A DNA stretch of 64,000 nucleotides from assembly GCA_019358935.1 (NCBI GenBank), contig JAHHIK010000020.1:1-64000 (forward strand), in the 5' to 3' direction. Both the position numbers and the translations under genes were made by a program. The stretch comes from Tolypothrix carrinoi HA7290-LM1 (lineage in GTDB: Bacteria > Cyanobacteriota > Cyanobacteriia > Cyanobacteriales > Nostocaceae). How positions within the stretch are numbered: position 1 is the first letter of the stretch; the number at the start of each line of letters is the position of its first letter. This document shows positions 38,287-47,974 of this stretch, piece by piece. Below the pieces are notes generated by a model that worked only from the letters and a program-made list of their open reading frames with translations, was not told the DNA's origin and ran no database searches.

Positions 38287-39153
38287 ATGGAAACGAAACA
38301 GCTAGGAAAATCGGGTGTATATGTAAGCGCGATCGCTTTGGGTGGTATGCCAATGTCGTTAAGCTCACGACCTCCCGAATCCGAATCTCTCCAAGTCATT
38401 CATCGCGCTTTAGATTTAGGCGTTACTTTCATTGACACCGCCGACTCTTACTGCAAAGATGAATCAGATAAGCACCACAACGAGAAACTAATTCACAAAG
38501 CTTTGCAGACTTACAGTGGTGATGCCAGCAATGTAGTTGTTGCCACCAAAGGTGGTTTGATGCGTCCTAATGGAAGCTGGACGCGCAACGGCAATCCAGA
38601 ACATTTACGCAAAACGATCAAAGAAAGCTTTGAAGCTTTAGGCGGTGAGAAACCGATTGATGTTTGGCAATACCACTCGCCAGACCCGGATTATACCATA
38701 GAATCAGCCCTAAAACCTGCTTCTGAAGCAGTAAAAGAAGGTTTGATTCGCTTTGTGGGAGTTTCTAACTTTTCTGTCGAACAAATCAAGCAAGCGCAAG
38801 ATGTCGTGGAAATTGTCTCAGTGCAAAATCAATATAGCCCTTGGTATCGACAGCCAGAGAAAGACGGGGTGTTGAAATATTGCGAACAGCAACAATTAAC
38901 CTTTTTACCTTGGAGTCCCTTCGGTGGTAGTCGGCGCCATAGTGACTTGCAAGATATTAAAGCGATCGCCCAACTAGCCAAAGAAAAAGGCGTATCCGTG
39001 TATTGTATAGTCTTAGCGTGGCTGCGTTCCAAATCGCCCTGCATCCTTCCCATACCCGGTGCTAGTAAGGTTTCTAGCATCGAAGATTCGGTGCGTGCTG
39101 TTGATGTAAAACTCTCAGATGAAGAAGTGCAAAGAATTGATCGGGAAACTTAA
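38287..39153 (+). CDS. Aldo/keto reductase
   Basis: IDTADSY, VATKGG, VGVSNF, SVQNQYS, PIPGASK. Confidence 0.9.
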   Translation: METKQLGKSGVYVSAIALGGMPMSLSSRPPESESLQVIHRALDLGVTFIDTADSYCKDESDKHHNEKLIHKALQTYSGDASNVVVATKGGLMRPNGSWTRNGNPEHLRKTIKESFEALGGEKPIDVWQYHSPDPDYTIESALKPASEAVKEGLIRFVGVSNFSVEQIKQAQDVVEIVSVQNQYSPWYRQPEKDGVLKYCEQQQLTFLPWSPFGGSRRHSDLQDIKAIAQLAKEKGVSVYCIVLAWLRSKSPCILPIPGASKVSSIEDSVRAVDVKLSDEEVQRIDRET

Positions 39154-39259
39154 TTGTCTGGTAGTTAGTTGATGGGCATTTTTTGCAAACGCATCTAAAT
39201 CAGCACTTACGCATTATTCGCTGTGCGAAGTATAAGCCCTTCGGGCACGCTTCTCTACT

Positions 39260-39350
39260 AGGACTTACGCAAAGTCGTGGAAAAACGAACCGCAGAGGAC
39301 GCAGAGTTTACAGAGGAATGAGGAAGAGAGAGAATTTTTGCGTAAGTCCT
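39260..39350. mobile_element. Complete MITE-like element with 14-bp TIRs, nested in a related element (39202-39418)
   Basis: AGGACTTACGCAAA...TTTGCGTAAGTCCT; outer AGCACTTACGCA...TGCGTAAGTTCT. Confidence 0.7.
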
Positions 39351-39498
39351 GTCTACTATCCGGCTCCTTCATGTGCGAACGCACTCGTGTTATTTTTCGT
39401 CACGAGTGCGTAAGTTCTATAAATGTTAGTAGACCCAAAAATGAATGCGATCGCCCTGCTTGTCCTAACAAAATGACTTGGAAAACTGTTAGCATATC

Positions 39499-40854
39499 CT
39501 AATTTTTCAACTTGAGAATTGCTGCGGACGAATTACTTGCAAACGTCTTTGGTAACTGAATTCCAAGTACCAGCATTCTTGTTGCCATAAACGCTGAAAC
39601 AGCCAACCATAAAAGATGGTTACTGTGAGCCGACCACGCCCAAACAGCCACAGGTGTAAATCCTAACAAAATTGCTGTGAAAGCGGCGTAACGCAAAAAT
39701 TGCCCTTTTGCTAATCCCGCAAAATACCCCTCCAGAATCCAAGCAATTGAAAAACAAATCAAAATGGGAACTAACCAAGGAACATAGTTTTTAATTGGCT
39801 CTATGACTTCGGCATGATTGGTTAACAACCCAAATACAGTTTCCGGTAACAGAATGCACAATCCTGAAGCGGCAACTCCCACTAGCAAGCTAATGAAAAG
39901 CGCAATCTGCAATAAAGGCAATAACTGATTTTTGGCGGATTGACCTTGAAAATTTCCGGTTAAAGTCTCCGTAGTAAATCCTATTCCCTCAATGAAGAAC
40001 GCTATCAGAAATATTACCTGTTGGAGCAAGGTATTTTCAGCTAAGACATCTGTCCCCAAAGTAGCACTCAGATTAATAAAAATTGTCCAAATTGACATAT
40101 AGACTAAAGAATTAATCAATAAGTCTTTATTGAGGATAAAAGTATTTTTAAAAGCTGACCAGTCCCAAAACTGCCGAACTGCTGTTCGCAACTCTTGCCA
40201 CTGGATGGAGCGGCTCGCCAACACCACACCTACTAATAACATCAAATACTCGCTAAAGGCTTGAGATATTCCAGCTCCCGTACTTCCCAAATTCCACTGC
40301 ACAATCGAGAAGTAGTTCAGCACAACATTAACGACGTTGCCCACAAAGGTCAACAACAACACTTTGCCACTTTGTTCCTGTCCTAGAAACCAGCCTATGA
40401 AAACGAAATTGAGCAAAACTGCGGGTGTTCCCCAAATCCGCGCATTAAAATAAGCTAGTCCGATAGACTCAACCTCAAAAGAGCCATTCAATAGGCTAAA
40501 CCCCAGCGCTCCTAGAGGATACTGCAATATCAAGATGAGAACGCCGAGTACTAAAGCGATGAACCCATTCCGCAGTCCTGCTAGTAACATTGCCTCTCGG
40601 TCGTTCCGTCCGACAGCTTGAGATGTTACTGCGTTAGTTGAAATCCTTAAAAAGAGCAAGTTCTCGTAGATGTAGCTGAATATAACTGTAGCCAAACTAA
40701 CTCCTGCTAAATAACGGATTTCGGTGAGATGACCTAAGAATGCAATACCGATCAAACCCGCTAAAGGCTCTGTGAGATTGGAAAGAACATTGATAACCGC
40801 CAATCTGGAAAAACGACGTAAGAGGTCATAATTGGGTTTTTCATAGTCAAACAT
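39499..40854 (-). CDS. MATE (DinF-like) efflux transporter
   Basis: NLTEPLAGLIGIAFLGHL, ARIWGTPAVL, 12-TM pattern. Confidence 0.88.
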   Translation of the reverse strand: MFDYEKPNYDLLRRFSRLAVINVLSNLTEPLAGLIGIAFLGHLTEIRYLAGVSLATVIFSYIYENLLFLRISTNAVTSQAVGRNDREAMLLAGLRNGFIALVLGVLILILQYPLGALGFSLLNGSFEVESIGLAYFNARIWGTPAVLLNFVFIGWFLGQEQSGKVLLLTFVGNVVNVVLNYFSIVQWNLGSTGAGISQAFSEYLMLLVGVVLASRSIQWQELRTAVRQFWDWSAFKNTFILNKDLLINSLVYMSIWTIFINLSATLGTDVLAENTLLQQVIFLIAFFIEGIGFTTETLTGNFQGQSAKNQLLPLLQIALFISLLVGVAASGLCILLPETVFGLLTNHAEVIEPIKNYVPWLVPILICFSIAWILEGYFAGLAKGQFLRYAAFTAILLGFTPVAVWAWSAHSNHLLWLAVSAFMATRMLVLGIQLPKTFASNSSAAILKLKN

Positions 40855-40859
40855 ATAGC

Positions 40860-40945
40860 AGCAGTCCGCCTAAAGCTGTGTGTCGATACGCTTATTATCT
40901 CTACATATAAACACGCCATACGGAAAATTCTGGCGGCTGAATCGT
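40860..40945 (-). pseudogene. Fragment of a tyrosine recombinase/integrase
   Basis: SAARIFRMACLYVEIISVSTHSFRRTA contains the catalytic H-x-x-R box. Confidence 0.55.
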
Positions 40946-40954
40946 CGCTATTGA

Positions 40955-42064
<1,110 letters not shown>

Positions 42065-42205
42065 TTCAATTTTGGATTTTGGAGTAGACTCGTTCCCAGG
42101 TTATACCTGGGAATTTGTTTGCACAATTTCATACCGTCAATCAGCAACGCCTTGAATTTAATTTTTGGTAAATTTTCCCTAAATAATTAAGACTGTTTTA
42201 TAATA

Positions 42206-42227
42206 TATGTACATAATTATGTACATA
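42206..42227. promoter_or_regulatory. YefM/Phd-type operator: two TATGTACATA palindromes 12 bp apart
   Basis: TATGTACATA-AT-TATGTACATA immediately upstream of the antitoxin ATG. Confidence 0.7.
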
Positions 42228-42232
42228 AACTG

Positions 42233-42565
42233 ATGTTTTCCTACAAAATCACATCTCCAACCGATGCCAGAAATGACTTTTTTAAGTTGTTAGACCTGGT
42301 AGTAGAAAATCATCAGGTGTATATTATCAACCGTCGCGATGCGGAAAATGTAGCTTTGATTGCTGAGTCAGATTTGATAAGTTTGGTTGAGACAGTTTAT
42401 TTATTGCGTAGACGCTATGCGTCTTGTCGTCAGACATCGCCTGAAAATGCGCGTCGCTTATTTGATGCAATAGAAGAGTCGAAAACAGGAAAGATCCAAT
42501 CTCAAACTATCGCAGAACTTCAGCAGGAGTTGGGGATTGAGCAAGAAGAAGAAAAAGAAAGCTGA
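42233..42565 (+). CDS. Phd/YefM antitoxin with an in-frame 27-nt HIP1 insertion
   Basis: TDARNDFFKLLDLV..IINRRD..ETVYLLR[RRYASCRQT]SPENARRL. Confidence 0.85.
   Translation: MFSYKITSPTDARNDFFKLLDLVVENHQVYIINRRDAENVALIAESDLISLVETVYLLRRRYASCRQTSPENARRLFDAIEESKTGKIQSQTIAELQQELGIEQEEEKES
42409..42435 (+). mobile_element. 27-nt HIP1-inserted mini-element
   Basis: GCG|TAGACGCTATGCGTCTTGTCGTCAGAC|ATCGC. Confidence 0.8.
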
Positions 42566-42794
42566 ATCTGAGGAAATTAAGCCAGTTATAATTAATCGAA
42601 GTCCTGGTTTTAGTTCTAAATTCAAAGAAGATAAGAAGTGGTGGTTCAAACAAGATTTTGCGAAAGCATCGAAAATTTTGGATTTGATTACGGCAGTCAT
42701 GCAAGACCCATTTGAAGGGATTGGTAAACCGGAAGCATTAAAGTATATGGACGCAAATATTTGGTCACGGCGAATTGATTTAGAGCATCGTTAA
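42537..42794 (+). pseudogene. Txe/YoeB toxin, C-terminally truncated
   Basis: DPFEGIGKPEALKY..WSRRIDLEHR* lacks the family's LVY..RYHY-type C-terminus. Confidence 0.8.
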
Positions 42795-42971
42795 TCCTAA
42801 CCGATTTAAAAATCTTTTATCTGCAAATCCACAAGTATTAGATAAAATTCAGCAAGTCAGTGGGGGAGAACTTCGCGCAGGAAGGCGTAGAAGGTCAGAT
42901 TTTCTGCAAGATTTAACTAATATTTGGTTTAAAAATAAAGGCTTTGAACATATTTTTTGTGGCGAAATATA
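42790..42971 (+). pseudogene. EndoU-like nuclease gene, 5' fragment (N-terminus lost)
   Basis: VNPNRFKNLL..DFLQDLTNIWFKNKGFEHIFCGEI. Confidence 0.7.
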
Positions 42972-43375
42972 AAGTTGTTCATGTTGTGTTGCCAGTACTG
43001 ACAACTCCTTAAGCTTTGCAACGCTTCTGCCAGCACTTTTAATAAGCGTCTCTGTGGGATACACTTAAAAATTATTTTGATTGGTCAATATTGACATTAA
43101 ATTTATCAGGATTAACCAAACTTGGTTTATTGTCTTGTGTCCTTATATAGTGTTGGGTGGTTAGTGTGTTCGGCTCGATTGCTTTGGTCATCCGGTTTGC
43201 GTCCGGTGTTCATTCCTTTCACTCTTTCAATATAAAAAACTGCATAACAATTTGAAATGCAAAATGCATAACAGCTATCTATGCTCTAAGCCAATAATGC
43301 ATATCAAACGTTATGCATTGTGCATCACACCTGTGATAGCATGATGAAAAATCGCTCAAACAAGGTTGTGTAAGT

Positions 43376-43618
43376 ATGAACAGTAAGACCGAACGAAGGT
43401 TAAATATAGGTCTAAGGCTACCTGAAACCATTATTAATAAAGCAGATGAACGCGCAAAAGAATTAAATATAAATCGTACAGATATTGTAGAAAAAGCTTT
43501 GCGTTGTTATTTAGGTATTACTTTTGACTCAGATTGTGCGAATCAAACCGAATTAACACAATTAACAGAATTAGTACAAACTTTAATCACTGCAAATAAT
43601 TTAAAAACAGAGGTATAA
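43376..43618 (+). CDS. CopG-like ribbon-helix-helix protein
   Basis: LNIGLRLPETIINKADERAKELNINRTDIVEKALRCYL. Confidence 0.75.
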   Translation: MNSKTERRLNIGLRLPETIINKADERAKELNINRTDIVEKALRCYLGITFDSDCANQTELTQLTELVQTLITANNLKTEV

Positions 43619-43659
43619 GCAATGACTAACGCTAACAATAAGGAGGAAACTTAAAAGTA

Positions 43660-43833
43660 GTGCCTACTACAGAACAGCTAAAAACCTTTTTCCGTATATG
43701 TGTACGGGCAAGTAATCTATTAAGGAATATTGAATTAACAAGATACGATACACGCTCACAGCGAATCGTTGTTTTAATAGGTCAATAAATTCAAGTAGAA
43801 ATTTTGAGTAATGGAGAGGAAATAATTCAATGA
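43660..43833 (+). pseudogene. DUF6888-like gene with an internal stop at 43786
   Basis: MPTTEQLKTFFRICVRASNLLRNIELTRYDTRSQRIVVLIGQ*IQVEILSNGEEIIQ*; ATGA overlap with the next gene. Confidence 0.65.
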
Positions 43834-44030
43834 GTAACACTAACTATCAACAATTAACAGAAATTGAACTGAGAAATTATATTAAACAACATCCGGAAGA
43901 TGAGGACGCTTTTCAACACTACCTTGCTATTATGCGAGCAAAACCGGGTAGAGTTGTAGTTAGCACGGAAGAGCAAGCTGTAATTGAATTTCAAAAGAGA
44001 ATACAGGCAGAGTCAAAACACCAACCATAA
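43830..44030 (+). CDS. DUF6887-like small protein
   Basis: NYQQLTEIELRNYIKQHPEDEDAFQHYL resembles the 34185-34400 product. Confidence 0.7.
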   Translation: MSNTNYQQLTEIELRNYIKQHPEDEDAFQHYLAIMRAKPGRVVVSTEEQAVIEFQKRIQAESKHQP

Positions 44031-44264
44031 ATTATAATGACCATAAAAATTAAGCGTGATGAACGTCAAGTGTTTACTGGTGATAGTTTTGTAATGACTT
44101 CTACAGTACTTATAAAAGTGGAAGATAACCGCTGAACTTATGTAAAACCTATTACTAGTAAATCACAAACTTTTCTCACTAAAGCGATCGCTGAAAAATT
44201 TTGTAGTCTACGATACTTTTCCCTCTTTCCGTTGAAGCAATTTAACTTTAAAAAGGATACTTTC

Positions 44265-44444
44265 ATGAATGATGAAGAGTTAAAAAAGATAAATCGAAAG
44301 CTAACAGGTATTGCTCTATTATTGTTTTCAATCACATTTGCAACAGTAAACATAAATATTAATGAATTTTCATTAGCTATATTTGCTATCATCTTTGGTT
44401 TGATGGGAATCTTTACGGCATTACGAGGGACTTCCAAAGATTAA
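44265..44444 (+). CDS. Small two-TM membrane protein
   Basis: AAGGA then ATG; LTGIALLLFSITFATV and FSLAIFAIIFGLMGIFTAL. Confidence 0.55.
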   Translation: MNDEELKKINRKLTGIALLLFSITFATVNININEFSLAIFAIIFGLMGIFTALRGTSKD

Positions 44445-44536
44445 ATTCTTCATCTTTTGAAAGAAGTATTTTTGCCCATCCTAAATAAAAATTACCCACC
44501 ATTACCCACCTTTCTTACACGTCTGCGAGAATTGAT

Positions 44537-44929
44537 TATAACGAAAATGATATTGGTGGGTTGCATTTTTCCGGTAGATATTTACAATTACAAAATCAAG
44601 GAATTGCCGGAAGGTTGCCAAATAATTCTCAAAGAGAAGAAGTTGTTCCCGGTGTAATTTATACAATGGGTGTGGAAATTAAACAGGGAAACCGCATTAT
44701 TAGAGATGTTATTAAAGGTTACGGCTATTTGAGCAACGCTGAAGAAATACTTGTAGATGCCACAAAAGCATTTAAACTACAAGGAAATCTCGAAGGAGCG
44801 TGTATTTATAATGTCAGGGATGCAGAAACTGGAAAAACTTTTCCGACTATTTTTGTGAGAAAAGAAAACGCAATTATCACCTACTATCCTGATGCTACAC
44901 CTAGCGGTAAACAGTGTAAAACTTCTTGA
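44537..44929 (+). pseudogene. EndoU-like nuclease gene, 3' fragment
   Basis: YNENDIGGLHFSGRYLQLQ..IITYYPDATP. Confidence 0.7.
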
Positions 44930-44976
44930 AACCATAGTAGGGTGCGTTACGGCTTTGCCGTAACGCACCCTACAGT

Positions 44977-45594
44977 CTAATTCTTTTCTAGATAGTTTAC
45001 TTTTGTTCGCTTTAATATGAACCCCATTGCGATCGCGCAAATGCCAATTACGCTACTTGGTTCGGGAACAGAGATAGGATTTCCAGTTTCTGAGTTGAAG
45101 AATACAACTTTACCCTCACCACCACCACCAACAACTCCTAAATCGGGACGTTCATCAAATAAATAAGAAAAGTCTACAAATTTGAAGTTGATACCATCTT
45201 CCGAACTGTAGGAAGAAAAAGCAAAAGTATAAGGAATTTCCGGGTAAGTGTCATAATTACCTCGAAAAAAAATTGATTTCGGTTTCCCATTAAAAAATGA
45301 CACCTGAGTTCGATTGCCGGGGTCGTTAGTTTCATCGTATGGTCCGCCATAAAAATCAAAGAAGAATGATAAACCCTGATCGGAACTAGTAATATATTCG
45401 TTTCCTTGTCCGGTAAGGAAACTATCATCAAATTTCACGTATCCATCAAAAGTTTGACCCGCTAATATTCCCGTTAAATTCCTGACTTCAAAATCATAGG
45501 TGACTGTCTTTGCTAGTACCCGACCACCGCTAATCAAACCTAAACTCAACACCAAAGAAGCAGCGGCAGTTTTCAGTAGATTTTGCCAAATCAT
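44977..45594 (-). CDS. PEP-CTERM sorting domain protein
   Basis: Signal peptide; C-terminal VPEPSS + hydrophobic helix + KRTK. Confidence 0.88.
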   Translation of the reverse strand: MIWQNLLKTAAASLVLSLGLISGGRVLAKTVTYDFEVRNLTGILAGQTFDGYVKFDDSFLTGQGNEYITSSDQGLSFFFDFYGGPYDETNDPGNRTQVSFFNGKPKSIFFRGNYDTYPEIPYTFAFSSYSSEDGINFKFVDFSYLFDERPDLGVVGGGGEGKVVFFNSETGNPISVPEPSSVIGICAIAMGFILKRTKVNYLEKN

Positions 45595-46029
45595 AATAAA
45601 AATGTTTTTTTCTATCCGAATAATTATCTATAGTAATTACACGGCAATACAGATGTCACTATTATTTGATGAAGTAAACATGAATAAATAACATTTTTTC
45701 TGCTAAATGATAATGAAATAATTAAAAACTAATTAAAAAGCTTTTGTAAAACAAAGTTATTTAATATATCAGTAGGTGGGTTGAATTAAATATAAAACCA
45801 CCTACGCTATCTTCTTGCAAAATTTCGCCTAGCTGCATGAAAATCAAATTAATGCCTTCTATGAGCTAGCTCATAGACGTTATTATAAATTCCTGGGAAA
45901 TTGGGGTTAGTTGTTTTTGGAACTATAAATTATGCAATCCACACTCCCAACTTTCACCCAACACTTAGATTTACCCTCAACTCAGTTAGAAGCATTACTC
46001 TCAAAAAGTTTATCTGAGTGCCTGAATTC

Positions 46030-46325
46030 ACCTGAACTGTTGCTGGAGAAATGCCATTTCCTAACAGTGCAGGAGCCGCAAATATTTCTCCGGCAGAAAG
46101 CGTGCGAAGAATCGTTTCTTTGCCGGTGTTTGCTGTTTTGGTGATTTGAATTGAACCGCTGATAATAGCATATAGTTTGGCTGGTAGGCGATCGCCTTCA
46201 TGCAGCACAATCTCTCCTTTGCTGTAACGCTGCACTTTGGTGTGAGGTTGCAGATTTATTCGATCTTGCGTTTCTAAACCAGCCAAAATCCTAACTTGCG
46301 AGAGTTGTTCTATTGTTGCCTGCAT
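46030..46325 (-). pseudogene. Crp/Fnr family regulator, truncated within the cNMP-binding domain
   Basis: KGEIVLHEGD..LYAIISGSIQI..GKETILRTLSAGEIF; similarity ends at ISPATV, no HTH. Confidence 0.7.
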
Positions 46326-46335
46326 AGCGATCGCA

Positions 46336-47739
46336 TTATGTCGCAAATGCTGGAGGATGCGAAATCCCAGGTTGCGCTGCTTCCAGTTGTGCCGCAAGGC
46401 TGATGAGAGTAGCTTCAGCCGCAGGTTTGCCGATTAACTGAACGCTCATAGGTAAACCGTTATCGTCAAAACCAACCGGAATGGCGATCGCTGGTTGTCC
46501 AGTAGCATTCGCGGGTGGACAAGGTGCAATCCAGTGTATAATTCTTTGGAATGTCTCTTCTGCACTCAAATTTGCCCATTCCCCAACGCGGATGGGTGAA
46601 TGCAGATAAACTGGCAATACCAACACATCCACAGTGTCAAAAAACGCCACGATTTGCCGCGACACCATCTGCATTTGAAAAACTGCTCGCAGATATTCAC
46701 CAGCCGAACCGGTTCGCGCTAATAAAAAGCGATTCACGGGTTGCAAAACTTCACCCGGAATTCCGGACGCAGCCACGCTAGATTGCCAGACAACTTGAAA
46801 TGGTTCAACTAAACCGCTAAAATCCGGGCATTGTTCTTCAACTGTATGACCGAGTTCTTCTAATAACTTAACTGTTTGCATCACAGCTTGCTGACACACT
46901 GCGTCAGCTTTTCCTAAGGGAGGAATGCTAGTCCCAAAGGCAATTCGCAAAGCACCGATTTTTTCCTTACTTGCAGTGAGAAATGATGGTTTGGGATCGG
47001 GCAACCAGTAAGGATCGCCGGTGACATAGCCAGACATCACATCCAAAAGAGCGGCTGCATCAGCTACATTACGGGCTATCGGACCATTGGTGGCAATTCC
47101 ACTGAGGCGATCGCCTGCTGGTGCATGAGACACTCTACCACGGGAAGGCTTGATGCCCACTAAACCACAACAAGCCGCAGGACCGCGAATCGATCCACCA
47201 CCATCGGAACCTTGAGCGATCGCAGACAATCCCGCTGCTAATGCTGCCGCTGCCCCCCCACTTGAACCACCGGGAGTATATTCCAAATTCCACGGATTTA
47301 TCGTCGCGGGAAAACCCGTAGGCTCTGTGTAAGGAAATGAACCAAGTTCGGAAGTTGCAGTTTTGCCCAAAAGAACAAACCCAGCCGAGCGTATCCGCGT
47401 CACTGTGCCATCATCGTACTCAGCTATCTGATTCAACAACGCCGGATTCCCGTAGGTACAAGCGACACCAGCCACCGGGTTAAGGTCTTTAATCGAAATC
47501 GGCACCCCAAAAAATGGCGGTAGGGATGAATCCCCACCCCCAGACAACATTTCTGTTTTGGCTTTAGCATCGGCTAAAGCACTCTCTGCCATTACCGTAA
47601 AATAACTTCCTAATTGGGGATCTAAGCGCTGAATTCGTTCTAGATATAATTCCACCAACTCCAACGGTGACACTTGACGCTGACGAATTAATTCTGCCTG
47701 CTGCAATGCTGGGCTAAAAGCTAAATCAATTTGATTCAT
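46336..47739 (-). CDS. Amidase-signature family amidase
   Basis: GVPISIKDL, PGGSSGG, GSDGGGSIRGPA. Confidence 0.92.
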   Translation of the reverse strand: MNQIDLAFSPALQQAELIRQRQVSPLELVELYLERIQRLDPQLGSYFTVMAESALADAKAKTEMLSGGGDSSLPPFFGVPISIKDLNPVAGVACTYGNPALLNQIAEYDDGTVTRIRSAGFVLLGKTATSELGSFPYTEPTGFPATINPWNLEYTPGGSSGGAAAALAAGLSAIAQGSDGGGSIRGPAACCGLVGIKPSRGRVSHAPAGDRLSGIATNGPIARNVADAAALLDVMSGYVTGDPYWLPDPKPSFLTASKEKIGALRIAFGTSIPPLGKADAVCQQAVMQTVKLLEELGHTVEEQCPDFSGLVEPFQVVWQSSVAASGIPGEVLQPVNRFLLARTGSAGEYLRAVFQMQMVSRQIVAFFDTVDVLVLPVYLHSPIRVGEWANLSAEETFQRIIHWIAPCPPANATGQPAIAIPVGFDDNGLPMSVQLIGKPAAEATLISLAAQLEAAQPGISHPPAFAT

Positions 47740-47974
47740 GCGTTAGTTAAAAGGTAGTTTTATCTATTCGTACCATTTTATCTGCAATTTTCACGCTTGA
47801 ATTGTTATTTTCGCCTAATTCTTGGGAACTTTAAATCTATAGCTAAGATTTGCAACTTAAACATTCTTTAAGAGTTAGGCAGCAAACTTTGACTATTAAT
47901 GTAGCTACAACCTCGCTTAGTAGCTGACAATTTTGTTTTTCTTCATATTTAGGTCATCTACTTTCAGAAAATTT

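Larger units (their letters stand above)
42972..44536. mobile_element. ~1.57-kb insert splitting the EndoU-like gene
   Basis: Joining 42969 to 44537 restores the frame GEI|YNENDIGGLHF; TA is present at both junctions. Confidence 0.65.

Noticed and set aside
39499..40854. Guanitoxin biosynthesis suggested by a GntT-like MATE transporter
   Set aside because: No recognisable gnt biosynthetic genes flank it; this MATE type is widespread
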